Source: Macrostomum lignano (taxonomy: Eukaryota). From it: a stretch of DNA of 64,000 bases. The translations under genes were made by a program, and so were the position numbers. Below, piece by piece: positions 1 to 13,521 of this stretch. The stretch's first letter is position 1. Every line of letters starts with the position of its first letter. The notes under the pieces were generated by a model. The model saw nothing but the letters and a program-made list of their open reading frames with translations, had not been told where the DNA came from and ran no database searches. The stretch spans positions 1 through 64,000 of the forward strand of contig NIVC01000031.1 in NCBI GenBank assembly GCA_002269645.1, given 5' to 3'.

Positions 1-12
1 ATAGCGGGGATG

Positions 13-717
13 CAGAGAGTGAGAGGGTAACATAGAGAGTGAGAGGGTAACACAGAGAGTGAGAGGGTAACACAGAGAGTGAGAGGGTAACACAGAGAGT
101 GTGAGAGGGTAACACAGAGAATGAGAGGGTAATACAGGAGAGGGTGACACAGAGGGTGAGAGGGTAACACAGAGGGTGAGAGCCTGAGATGGTAACACAG
201 AGGTGAGAGAAGGACAACACAAGGGTGAGAGAAGGAAACACAGAGGGTGAGAGAAGGACAACACAGAGGGTGAGAGAAGGACAACACAGAGGGTGAGAGG
301 GTAACACAGAGGGTGAGAGGACAACACAGAGGGTGAGAGGGTGACACAGAGGGTGAGAGGGTAACACAGAGGGTGAGAGGGTGACACAGAGGGTGAGAGG
401 GTGACACAAATGGTGAAAGATGGAGAAGAAAGGTCAGATAAGGACAGCCGCACAAATGAGGTGAGAGAAGGACAACACAAAGGGTGAGAGAAGGACAACA
501 CAGAGGGTGAGAGAAGGACAACACAGAGGGTGAGAGAAGGACAACACAGAGGGTGAGAGGGTAACACAGAGGGTGAGAGGACAACACAGAGGGTGAGAGG
601 GTGACACAGAGGGTGAGAGGGTAACACAGAGGGTGAGAGGGTGACACAGAGGGTGAGAGGGTGACACAAATGGTGAAAGATGGAGAAGAAAGGTCAGATA
701 AGGACAGCCGCACAAAT
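13..717. repeat. Purine-rich minisatellite (~20-22 bp unit, GAGAGGGT(A/G)ACACAGAGGGT) with a ~260-bp higher-order duplication
   Basis: Visible tandem units; 241-457 is repeated at 501-717. Confidence 0.9.
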
Positions 718-762
718 ATTCAACAAGATTCGATTTTAAGAAACTGTCTCTGCCCCCCGCAG

Positions 763-1544
763 CCGTCCTCTTGAGACGCCGAGCCCCCCGGACGACGTGC
801 GCCTCCTCCTGGACAGCGCCGGGGACGTCCAGTTGAGCCCGGCCGTCTGCCACGTCGCCCGCATCGACGGCGTCGACCTGCCGCTGATCTTCGCCGAGGC
901 GGACCCGGGCACGCCGCGGGTGCCGCACTGGATGGCGGAGCTCAAACTGCTGTGGCGCTTCGCCCCAGCAGCATCGCCGAGCAAGCTGGCGGCCCTTCGC
1001 CATGCCGGCCGGCCTCGAGCCTTCGCCTGCCGACATCCGCGCCATCGACCTGGCCAACTGGCGACAGCTGTGCGAGTTCGGCCTGCCGCAGGTCGGCGGC
1101 AGCCTCGCGACACCCGAGATTGCAGCCTGCTGCCGCTGCACCAGCTGGTGCGCTGCTACGAGTCCGCCGCCTGCGGCACCTGGCTGGCCTCCTCCTCGCC
1201 TCCGAGCCGCCGGACTCCCTGCCGGGCGCTTCCGTAGAGCTGCTGCCGCTGACGCTGCCGAACTCTACTGAGGTCCTGTGCTCGATTCCCTGCGTGCACC
1301 GGGCCGGATTGGGGCTGCTGCCGGTGAGTCACCTGACGGAGCTGCTGCCCTGGGACCGTGGGGGCAGCTGGAGGCGCAGGGACTCGGCGTGGAGGCTACC
1401 ATGGCCGAGGCTCGGGCGATCGAGCGGCACTCGAAGTGGCCGGGAGGGCCGCAGCGGCTGCTGTCGGTAGCTGCAGTTGTCAACCTGCTGGCGTGCTGCC
1501 GGCCCGTCGCTGCCATCAAGGAGCCCTGCAGACAGTTGGAAGAT
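763..1544 (+). CDS. GC-rich putative internal exon of an unknown protein, with several frameshifts
   Basis: Acceptor-like ccccccgcAG before 763 and donor-like GTGAGC after 1544. Protein-like text hops between frames (DDVRLLLDSAGDVQLSPAVCHVARIDGVDLPLIFAE... / DIRAIDLANWRQLCEFGLP / ELLPLTLPNSTEVLCSIPCVHRAGLGLLPVSHLTELLPW / EATMAEARAIERH). No family recognised. Confidence 0.5.
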
Positions 1545-1659
1545 GTGAGCTGCTCTTTTGTACACCTGTGCCTGCTCATGCTGACGATGGTGCTTGGCAT
1601 GGCGCCACTTCTGAAGTTTCAAGGCCTGATTTTGGCGCCGTATCTGAAATTTATGATTT

Positions 1660-1874
1660 TGGCGCCATATCTGAGATGTCTATATTTTGGTACCTGATCT
1701 GAGATTTCTGTCTATGGCGCCATATCTGAGATGTCTATATTTTGGTACCTGATCTGAGATTTCTGTCTATGGCGCCATATCTGAGATGTCTATATTTTGG
1801 TACCTGATCTGAGATTTCTGTCTATGGCGCCATATCTGAGATGTCTATATTTTGGTACCTGATCTGAGATTTCT
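1660..1874. repeat. Tandem repeat, ~55-bp unit x ~4 (GGCGCCATATCTGAGATGTCTATATTTTGGTACCTGATCTGAGATTTCTGTCTAT)
   Basis: Direct inspection. Confidence 0.9.
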
Positions 1875-2384
1875 GAAATCACTCAAGGCGTCACTTTGCA
1901 TTCCGCTGGCTAATCCATTTTATCATCACTATCCCCATCATCCCATACTTGGTGGGCTTCTTAAGAGTCTCAATTCCCAAGAATTGCCTTGGAACCCTTG
2001 TAGATCAACTTTTCAACAGTGCTTGGGGCTGTCGAGCTCCCAAGCCTGTGAGATACGCATTGAAAATTGCTTTCTGCAATTCCATTATTTGGAATGAAGT
2101 CTGCTTACTGCCTGCCTGTGCTATGTGTCCAATCAAGATCTTTAGCATAAATTTTTTAACGGAGCATCGAGTTCGCGTGCCCATGGACTTTCAGACTTTC
2201 AGACAGAATAAATTCAGTCAGTAATTCAGTAAAAATAATTGCGTTTAGATTATTTTTAACTGAGCTGGGGAGATCTGCGCAGATCAGTACTTTGAATGAG
2301 GGAAATGTCCGTCCTTTGTGTCCAAACACTTTCTTGCCTCAAGAACAGATAAAGCAACCAACTCACGCTGTGGACCAGGTGAGA

Positions 2385-2597
2385 GTTGAGAGTAGAAAAG
2401 AGGAAAGAGGAGAGAAGAGGGCAGAGAGGAGAGAAGAGGGGAGAGAGGAGAGAAGAGGGTAGAGAGGAGGGAAGAGGGGAGAGAGGAGAGAAGAGGGTAG
2501 AGAGGAGGGTAGAGGGGAGAGAGGAGGGTAGAGAGAGAGAAGAGGGTAGAGAGGATAGAAGAGGGGAGAGAGGAGAAAAGAGGGGAGAGAGGAGAGA
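2385..2597. repeat. GA-rich polypurine low-complexity tract
   Basis: Almost only G and A; explains the spurious ORFs at 2256-2631. Confidence 0.9.
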
Positions 2598-3751
2598 TCC
2601 AACAACAACAGAAACAAGAAAACTCACTTGAATAGGTAAAAGTCAGTTAACAAAAATTTCTTATTATAGATCTGATAAAATGTGACGTTGTGGTTTGTGC
2701 AGAGCCGGGATTGAGAGCTCAGGTGCGTCAGCACTCAGGCTCCGGCACGCCTTGGCTGGTGGGGCTGGGCAAATGACTGCGCCCCCTATGCTTTGCTTCC
2801 CCGTTACTGCCTCAAGTTATGCCGAGATAAGAAATTCATGCATGGCAAATAAACTTGACTCTCTGTCGCTCCTTCCTCTTACGAGCCTCTACTAGTCTTA
2901 AAACGCAGGAAATCGGCCACCCCGACAAAAAGTTTTTAACGAATCTAAAAAAATGGAGCAGTTTTCGTTGCCAGATCATTGACACTTGAGGCTTCCTCAC
3001 ACACTCCATTGACATCCGCTTGTGGTTACATTCGTTCTGTTTTATGATCTATCACGGATGGCCACCCCCCCCCCCTAAGGCAGAGAAGGTCGTACATGTA
3101 AGTTTGGCGCAGAATGGACAAAATCGCCTCAGGGCTGATTTGTGTTGAACGAAGTGTTGCGGTCGGGGAGCCCACAGGCCTCACCTCCCGAAATGATGGT
3201 CATTTTTGTAGCTTATGCCGTACAAGGGTCGAAATGGGGGGGTTGGGGTAATGTCTGTTTATTTCTGTGGTCTGCGGGTCTTGCACAGGCTGGGAGCGCG
3301 GAACTCGGAAAAACTGACTCACAAACCTGCAAGCTTTGAGCATGACTCACCGCAGGGACGGCCCGTGTCTCGAAGATTTTCACGAATTTTGATCAGCCGT
3401 TGCCAGGGCATTTGAGTTCGAAGTTGAAATTTATGGGTTCAGTCTCAACTTATTCGGGGCCTTTGTTTGCCTGCCCATGTCAGATTTCCGTGTGTGCACA
3501 CAAGCGTAAGCGGGGTTCGGTCGCACACCTCTACCTAAACTCCTACAGTATTCAAATATCTGCCAAAGTGTGCAAACCTAATCTCTATTTAACTAAATTT
3601 TAACTAAAGGAAAGGGTTTCTCTGTGCTTTCCAAGCAGACTTAGAAGCTGAATGTTTGCGCTCGTCGTCATGTAATTAACAGATCCTGCCGCTCCAGGAC
3701 TCCTTAGTCCTGATTTGCTAATGGTCCACTTCGGTCAACTAATATAACTGT

Positions 3752-3755
3752 TGAC

Positions 3756-3794
<39 letters not shown>

Positions 3795-3846
3795 GTGTCT
3801 GTCTGTCTGTCTGTCTGGCTGTCTGTCTGTCTGTCTGTCTGTCTGC
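3752..3846. repeat. (TCTG)n microsatellite
   Basis: Direct inspection. Confidence 0.95.
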
Positions 3847-4424
3847 CTGAAATAATATCAAAAACCTCTTACGCCACCCGCAGGTTGCCTCAGAAAAGCA
3901 GTCGCAGCCGCAGCTCTTGGGGAGCAGCAGGGCGCGCAAGGCCGCCGCCTATCCCAGGAAGCTTCGGGCGAAGCGCCGCAGGCAGTTGCTGCCCGCGGTG
4001 ATAAGTGCGGTGCCAACCAGCTGTCAAACTGCAGTGCAGAGCCATGACTCGGCCGCGTGATGAAGCGGCATATGAAAGCTGACCTCTCATTTGCTATACC
4101 CTCCCTCTGCCTTGCTTTTACACTGTAGCTGCCGCTTGGCTGTTGATTTCCTGCCTGCCCTGACCTTTGTGTCAGTCTTTGCCCGCCTTGCAGCTTGGAA
4201 GTTTTTTAATATTGACTTTTCTATTTTTTCTTATGCTCGATTCTGCCAGAATCTGTTTACTTCAAAATAATATTTTTACTGTGTGACCACCACCGTATCT
4301 GCATTTGCATCTGTAATCTGCATCTGTAAATAAACTCTACATCTGGAACTGTGGATTTGAGTGGGTTTGGACTGCCGAGAATCAATACCTAACTGAGCAG
4401 CTGTTGAACTCTTGAACTCTTGGA

Positions 4425-4480
4425 GATAGATAGATAGATAGATAAATAGATGGATAGATAGATGGATAGATAGATAGATG

Positions 4481-4533
<53 letters not shown>

Positions 4534-4747
4534 ATAGATGGATAGATAGATGGATAGATAGATAGATGATAGATAGATAGATGATAGATAGATAGATGAT
4601 AGATAGATAGATGATAGATAGATAGATGATAGATAGATAGATAGATGGATAGATAGATAGATAAATAGATGGATAGATAGATGGATAGATAGATAGATAG
4701 ATAGATGATAGATAGATAGATGATAGATAGATAGATGATAGATAGAT

Positions 4748-4823
<76 letters not shown>

Positions 4824-4827
4824 GATA
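4425..4827. repeat. (GATA)n microsatellite
   Basis: Direct inspection; explains the IYLS-repeat ORFs. Confidence 0.95.
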
Positions 4828-4896
4828 TGCCGAATGCCAACGCAAAGCCACGCTCGCAGAGTTGGTTTCTTTAAATGATAAGTCAAATCGAACTTA

Positions 4897-4949
4897 TTTA
4901 AATTGACCGATATTTCGGCCAGAACTGGCCTTCTTCGGGGTTTATAATT
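4897..4949 (-). ncRNA. Minimal type-I hammerhead-ribozyme-like motif (U4C core variant), probable Penelope-like element remnant
   Basis: Minus strand: ..AAACC-CCGAAGA-A-GGCCAG(UU)CUGGCC-GAAA-UAU-C-GGU... Perfect 6-bp stem II, palindromic AUAU stem III, AUC cleavage triplet, ACC/GGU stem I. Confidence 0.55.
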
Positions 4950-5006
4950 GGGGGTATAAAAACAACGATTATTTTGGCAGTGAACTTATTTATCATAAAT
5001 TTAATA

Positions 5007-5927
5007 TAGGATTTTTCGTTTGATTTCATAAAATTGTCATTTGATTTCGTCCATAGAAGTTGGCAGTGCGGCCGTAGAGTCTATGGCAATAAAGTGCGCT
5101 GTTTTCCAATCGAATTCATAACTTTGCCACTTCATTTCGACATACCCAGTAGAAAGGCAACAGAAAAGTCGATGCGCTTGTCCAGTACAGAAAGAACTGT
5201 TAAAAACAGAAAGCGGTGTATTTAAGTCACATGAGGAAGTAGGCAGTTGCAACAGTGAAATCAGTTATGTCCGCCAAAGTTAATGCTCGTTCGTTGCAAC
5301 AAGCTACAAATTTCACATTATCTGCTGCTCATTGATGCACAGGGGCAGAAACTGCATCACATGTCGTTCCCAGGCAAGGCACTTCGCGGCGGAAATTTCC
5401 TCTAGTGCAACGTAGCCGCAGCGGAAAAGCACCATGAGTCTCCACTGCGTTGGGTTGATGCCATCAGGCGGATAGCTGAGTTCCTGTTGAAGCTCAGGTG
5501 TTGCTAGCTGGCGTTTAAGCGAAGCCTTGAGACAACTGTGTGCCTGCTCCGCGGCGTTAAGAAATGGAGAGTACGGTGGCAGAGTTCGCAGTTGAATACG
5601 ATTGGCCGCGTTTATACGTTTCCAATGGACGCGTATGCAGCCATTTTTAGGCACACAAGGAAGGTGACTGTTGCCCAAGAAGAGGACACGTTCATATAAG
5701 CTTTTCATTTCTATGAGAGGTTTGGCCATATATATTCACCCACTGATATCCCAGCCCCCTCTGGCAGTGTTTGAGTCACTCCGCGCGTCAAGTCGAAATG
5801 AAGTGGCAAAGTTATGAATTCAATCGGAAAACAGCGCACTTTATTGCCATAGACTCTATGGCCGCGCTGCCAACTTCTATGGACGAAATCAAATGACAAT
5901 TTTTATGAAATCAAGCGAAAAATCCTA
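5007..5927 (-). mobile_element. Internally deleted Tc1/IS630-like DNA transposon with ~135-bp TIRs
   Basis: TIRs 5007-5141 and 5792-5927 are near-perfect reverse complements (TAGGATTTTTCG...CGAAAAATCCTA), with TA on both flanks. Internal minus-strand ORF 5313-5729 contains LPPYSPFLNAAE, the DDE transposase C-terminal LPxYSPxLNPIE-type motif. Confidence 0.9.
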
Positions 5928-6365
5928 TATTTATATACCAGCTTTGGAGGGGTGCGCTGAGCAGCGTTGTGTAAAGATGTGTACGGATAATTAGTTTAAA
6001 AAGTGAACTGAAGCACGCTGATTGGTTAAAGTTTTGTGGTTAAAGCCTTGCACAAAAAGTATGGATGTTGTTGCAGATTTAAAGAATAGAAGTGTATGAC
6101 TAATTATCTTGAACAGTTCAACAAATAAGTTATTTACGCCCGTAGAAAAAACAAATATTACTGTAAATTAATACAGAGCACTGAGAACTTTGCATAAAAA
6201 AAGTGTAAATAATTAGATGTAAATATTCAATACATATAAAGTAATTAAAGAAATTGAGTAGCCAGTCAGGCCACGAGTCGCAGTTGGCGGCGTCTGGTCA
6301 CAAACCACCGTCGCCCAGGCCCTGGAAACAGGCGGCTGGGCACTGCCGATCGGTTGTAGATTAAC

Positions 6366-7340
<975 letters not shown>

Positions 7341-8329
7341 AAGCAGCCAGACAGGCCACGCAAGTCGCAGTTGGCAGCGTCTGGTCACAATATTAAGCAG
7401 TAAAAGCAAAAAAATAAAAGCTATTCGGCTATTAAAAGGATTCTAACGGTTAGCATGACCAGCAGGTCGACTTTTCAAGTGGTTTGGCATCGATGGCAAT
7501 TCTGTTTTTTATGCTACTCCAGACTGTAACTGCCTACAGTAAGTCAATTTTCTTGATACTCATTGGTTCATTTTTTCTTTCATACCTACAGAAAATGACA
7601 ATCCTCTATACTAAAAATGTTTTTTTATAGGTATATGTACGCTCGTATACAACAATATAATACAGTTCAGAAAAAAAACGATTTTCATGAAACTTGCTAG
7701 ATGCAAGCATTCGGAAGTTCGATCAGAAGTTTTCCGCGGTGACGGTACCTGCGCCGTAGCTAAGAAATTAAGACACAGTGCTAAGATCCTGGGCGGGTAA
7801 AGCAAGTGGGCTTTACCCGATTTTAATGGCGGAGCGACCCGCCTCGCTGCCGCCTTTTTTTATCGCCTTGTACTCATACTGGTTTTACGCGCTGTACATA
7901 CGTGCTGACTAGCACCCCTAACCCCGGTGTGCATGTGCTTTACGAGCGTATTTATATGTTGCTCAGCTCAGCGCGAAAGGGGCGCTGCTGCCGCTCAATA
8001 TTTTTTTTTATTTCTCTAATCATTGTAATCAATCAATTCTAATCAATACATTCGAACAATGCGTCCCCAAATCGCTTTGGGGCCTGCCTCGCCTCGATCG
8101 CCACTTGCCCCGTCTCCGCCTCGTCACTCCGGACATTAATGGGTTGAAAGACACAAGTACTCGCAGTTTCTGCCACATTGCGCAGAGTACATCAAACCCA
8201 CGACACTAAGACAAAACCCAGCGTTCTGGTACTTTGCTAAAATCGTAAACTTTAAGCTGGTTTGCACCGCCACAAAGAAAGGTATCGAATTAAACAAACA
8301 AAGTCCGTGTCACCGTGTGACAGGGGTTG

Positions 8330-8530
8330 CTTTCACAAGCTCGAAGTTTCACAACCTCGAAACCAGTTACTTTCATAAGCTCGAAATTTCACAAGCTCGA
8401 AATTTCACAAGCTCGAAATTTCACAACCTCGAAAACCATTCTAGCAGCCACTTTCACAAACTCGAAACTTCATAAGCTCGAAATTTCATATCCTCGAAAA
8501 TTTTAGCAGGCGACTTCACAAGCTGCTAAA
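8330..8530. repeat. Degenerate ~17-bp tandem repeat (TTTCACAAGCTCGAAA)
   Basis: About 8-9 units by inspection. Confidence 0.85.
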
Positions 8531-8627
8531 ATGGCGGAAATACATAATACTAGCAGGCTTTAGCCAATAGAAACATTTTCAGAAGTAGCATAGAACTAAA
8601 TATTTGAACTCGTGCATCTGATTTCAG

Positions 8628-8829
8628 CGAGGCTCCCAATGATGGAATGTCTGCAGTCTTCAACCGCTTCTGAAGGCGTCTGCAGTCGAGCCATCGACAA
8701 CAACGATCACCAATTATTTAGCCACAATTCCTGCTCTCACACCAAAAACGAGAAGGGCTGGTGGTAGGCGAGAACCAAGTCGCATTCGGGCGAATCGAAT
8801 CACCAACCGGATTGACTGTTGCTCAGAAT
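8628..8829 (+). pseudogene. F-type lectin (fucolectin) domain 1, 5' half, disrupted
   Basis: Acceptor tttcAG at 8627. Reads CLQSSTASEGVCSRAIDNNDHQLFSHNSCSHTKNEKGWW*A..., then after a frameshift ITNRIDCCSE. It parallels the intact domain at 10700-11107. Confidence 0.8.
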
Positions 8830-8915
8830 TTGCAGAGTCATTATATTTGCAGAGCCATTTTATTTGCAGAGCCATTTTATTAGCAGAGCCATTTTATTCG
8901 CAGAGCCATTTTATT
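8830..8915. repeat. 17-bp tandem repeat x5 (TTGCAGAGCCATTTTAT) at the 5' junction of the RTE insertion
   Basis: Direct inspection. Confidence 0.9.
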
Positions 8916-8939
8916 TGCAAACCTGTGCAAATAGTGCTG

Positions 8940-10395
8940 ACACCTCCTGGCATCGCGGCCAGATCACCAGGCGTCATAAACCGCGTGCTCGCCGGCGCTC
9001 CTGAACCCTCCGAGTGGACCATCGCGCACATCGTGCCGATCCCGAAGAAGGCAGGAACAACGTGGAAAGAAGACCACCGCGGGATCTAGCTGATGTCCTG
9101 CACCGCGAAGCTTTTTAACCGGCTGCTGCTCAATCGTCTGCAGTCTGTGCTAGACCCGTACCTGCGGTACGAGCAAAACGGATTCCGGCCGCAACGCGGT
9201 ACAGTGACACAGATCCCCACACTCCGCCGTGTCATCGAGGAGGCGCGCATCCGCCAGTCTACGCTGATCATTGTCTTCGTTGACTTTCGAAAGGCGTTTG
9301 ACTCGGTGTTGAGAGCCGCGCTCCCCTTCGTCCTTCGAGCCTACCGGGTACCCCAGCAGCTAATCGACGCTGTCATAGCGCTGTATCGTGACACTCGAGC
9401 TGCTGTGGTGACGGCGGACGGCCTGTCTGACCTGTTCGATACTTCATCAGGAGTTCTGCAGGGCGACACGCTAGCGCCGTTCCTCTTCGTGCTGCTGCTG
9501 GACTGGGTGCTTCGGACCGCACTCCCCTCGGCTAACGACGGCTTCCTGCTGCGCAGACGCATCGGTCGCCGCCACGGCGAAAAGCGCCTAAGCGTGCTTG
9601 GCTCCGCCGACGACCTCGCCCTCCTGTCCTAGCCCGTTAAAGGCGCCAAGCGCCAGATAGACAAGTTGGTCGAAGTGGCATCGAGCGTCGGTCTGGTTGT
9701 CAACACGCTGAAGACCGAGGTGCGGACTGTGCCGGCCGACATCCCAGCGGACCTGATATGCCGCGGTGCAGACTGGCAGACGACCAAGCTCGCACGCTGC
9801 CAGCGGTTCACCTACCTCGGCAGTCTGGTGCCTCACGTGGACGAAGACCTCCTGCGGCGGCGAGGCCTTGCCTGGGCGGCTTTCCGTTCAATCCGGGCCG
9901 TCGTCGAGGTTGAAGCGCTAGAGGGTTCGGCTGTCGCAGGCGGTGGTCGAAACCGTCCTGCACTACAACGCCGAGACGTGGACGCTGACGGCTACGCTGG
10001 AGCGGCAGCTGGACTCGGCGCACTCAGGGCTGCTCCGTGCGGCCTTTCGAGCTGACGAGAGCGTCGGGACCGAGGCCCTGTACGATCGGGCCAAGCTGCA
10101 GCTCCCGTCCACCATCCTGCGCCGGCGGCGACTTCAACTAGCGGGCCACGTGATCCGGGCAGAGTGCTACTGCCCCCAACCTGTTCAGGACGTCCTGCTG
10201 CTCACCCTGCAGGCCCGCTCAGGCGGGGCCAGGCCCAAACCCGTCGATACGTAGACTGCCTGCTGTGCGACGCTGGGGCGCCCGACACTGCCAACGGGCG
10301 GACTTCGTCCGTTCTCAGGCTCTGCGGCGCGCCATCTGACGCTCCCTGCTCTGTGACTTTATTTGCGGGGCTGCGTATTTTGTTGCTTTTGTTGT
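8940..10395 (+). mobile_element. 5'-truncated, degenerate RTE-like non-LTR retrotransposon (reverse transcriptase)
   Basis: RT motifs IVPIPKK, YEQNGFRP, VFVDFRKAFDSV, GVLQGDTLAPFLF, SADDLALL, FTYLGS and RRRLQLAGHV, with in-frame stops and frameshifts. (TTG)n tail at ~10379-10400. Probable TSD TGTTG(C)TCAGAAT at 8817-8829 and 10396-10407. Confidence 0.92.
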
Positions 10396-10404
10396 TGTTG
10401 TCAG

Positions 10405-10602
10405 AATGGCTTAACAACTTCGTAATCATGGTCGATGGGCACGATTACGCGTCGTACAAGTCCAACAGTTTCTTATCAATTCGCGATTTCAGATGTGACA
10501 GGATCGGTCAAGTTGTGACTGTGAGGAACCGTAAAACGTCACCGCTGACTCTCTGCGAAGTACAAGTGTACGGAGAGGAAGTCAAACTGCCTACCCCAAA
10601 GA
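10405..10602 (+). CDS. F-type lectin domain 1, 3' half
   Basis: EWLNNFVIMVDGHDYASYKSNSFLSIRDFRCDRIGQVVTVRNRKTSPLTLCEVQVYGE matches the FTL C-terminal LxLCEVxV motif. Phase-1 donor GTAATA at 10603. Confidence 0.7.
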
Positions 10603-10699
10603 GTAATACAGGGTGTCAATCCGTTTTTATCCATACTGATGCTTAATAGAGTACTTGTGTAACCTAGCTTGCATTTAAACAACTCTTTCCTTTTTTTAG

Positions 10700-11107
10700 A
10701 CCGCCTTGCTCTCGTGTCATGCTCTCAAAGTTCTACAGCAATCAATGGTGTTTGCCAAAGAGCATTCGATGGTAACACGAGTCCTAATTGGCACTTACAA
10801 AGCTGCACTCACACAAAATCTGAGTTGGGCTGGTGGCAGGCCACTCTCAAAGAGCGATCGCTCGTTAAGCAGATTCGAATCTACAACCGACTCGACTGCT
10901 GCTCAGAGAGACTCAACGACTTTTCCATCACATTGGACGGTCAAGAGTGCGCCTCGTTCAAGTCGAGCGGCTTCTTCTCTGTGAAGACGTTCCAGTGCAA
11001 TAAGGTCGGCCTGCAGATTCGCATCAACAATCGGAAGCGCTCACCCTTGACTCTTTGCGAAGTTCAAGTCTTTGGAGAAAAGAAGAAAAGTGCCATCAAG
11101 GCCGGAC
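10700..11107 (+). CDS. F-type lectin (fucolectin/FTP) domain exon, intact
   Basis: SCSQSSTAINGVCQRAFDGN...SCTHT...WWQATL...IYNRLDCCSERL...LTLCEVQVFG, containing the His...RxDxxxxR fucose-binding motif. Acceptor tttttttAG (10699), donor GTAAGT (11108), phase 1-1. Confidence 0.9.
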
Positions 11108-11148
11108 GTAAGTGGTTTTTAATATTTTATCTATCTATCTATCTATCC

Positions 11149-11181
<33 letters not shown>

Positions 11182-12301
11182 CTTGTATGTATGCTATGAT
11201 AATTTGAATAAGCTACATGTAGTTGCAACGTGGATTAAGTAAATAAGCAATAGGATTTTGCGTAGTTACGCAGAGCACTTAACTATATGGACAAGGCATT
11301 TATCGCCAGCCTATTATGCAGCGAGAACGTGCAAGACCAAGTTGAAGATGTAGGGCTAAAAGTCAGCGGCAAGAATTTCTATAGATAGATAAGTTGCTAT
11401 TTTGCGTCGTAGCTGTTTGATTTTTAATACTTGTAAATTGTCAACTTGTCACTTGTACTTGCTTCATGAAATCGGCCCCAGATGTGACAGACTTTTAAAA
11501 AAATGAGCAATTAAATACGCTCGCAATAGTTCGTAGCAATAAAAATCAATAAATCGTCATTTAATGAAAAAACACAGTTCTTCGAAGCTGGTTCTTGTTT
11601 ATTTTCTGCAAATTAGCAATCTCCAGTGATCTCAATACACGATTAATAAGTTTACCAGACGTAATTAGTTAATTAGTTAGCTAATTATGCCTTGGTAATT
11701 AACAGTTTGTAGTTAGAAGCAGTGTGTCAACTGTAAAAAGTCAATAAAAATCTCCCCACTAGTTAGTCTATGTATATATATATATATATTATTATTAAGG
11801 GCATAATGAAAAATAACCAACAGCTTTTAAATGAGCGCTTCATTTTAACGAAAAGTAAAAAAAATTTGTGTTGCACTTTGTACTATTTAGTCCTTATTCC
11901 AGTGCATCAGTATTTTCAGTTTTGTTATAGTTTCAAACTAAGAGCCTTTTAGTGCGCTTTTTAACAAAGCAGTTGATAACTTTCTTCGTTTTCACCATGA
12001 ATAAAAATTTACTAAAAGTTATACAGTTAAATAGAGTTTGAGCAGCAGTCGAAACAAAAAAGGATTTATTGTGCTTTTAAGAATCATTGTGTCAGCTGTG
12101 TTCTGCTCCTGCGTCATCAGGCCTTCGATTCGTCTGCCGTCCTTTCTGAAAAGCGAAAATGGACGAGCTTTATTAAATTTAATCTCTTTTTCAGTTAATC
12201 AATGCGAAAATTATTTCTTGAGCAGTAACACAGAATGCGAATTGAAAAGCGGAAAGGTGGAATAAAATGGTTGGTTACCCTGACAGTACAAGAATGTTAA
12301 T

Positions 12302-13042
<741 letters not shown>

Positions 13043-13521
13043 AGAAGGTAGTTCCTCTGGATAAAAGCGCTTACCGCGCCCATTGGCTTTCCAGCTGCCT
13101 TAATCGTTTCCGGTGATCTTGTGTGCGTGCTTTCAGCTTGATTGGCTGCGGCAAGCAAGCTCGAAAGAGCTCGCTTCGCTCGCTCTTTCTCGCTATCTAC
13201 TATCTATCTATCTATTTATCTATCTATCTATCTACTTGTATGTGTGGTATGATAAGTTAAATAAGCATAAAATTAAATGTTTAGAAAGTGTGGCGAAAGT
13301 ACACGATCTACATACGCACGTTAAGTTGAGACATGCATAAATGCGTGCGGAAAGACTGTAATAGATCTAGCAAATCTAGGAAAAAAAGTTGAAGTGTTTC
13401 AAATAGGGCACCTTAAATTGATTTTTTCGACAAGTTAATCCTTTGAAGTGTTAATCATTTGTTCGTCACTCAATCCGGGCGACAACTTTGTCAAGCTCTT
13501 CCTCTCTATTTCTCGGAGTCG

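Noticed and set aside
3860-4060. GC-rich stretch as a further exon
   Set aside because: No recognisable homology or convincing splice pair.
7828-7861. Bacterial intrinsic terminator indicating contamination or HGT
   Set aside because: No prokaryotic gene context; the flanks are eukaryotic repeats and spliced genes.
8755-8770. Cryptic donor (TG|GTAGGC) that could splice out the RTE
   Set aside because: Joining it to 10405 creates an immediate TGA.
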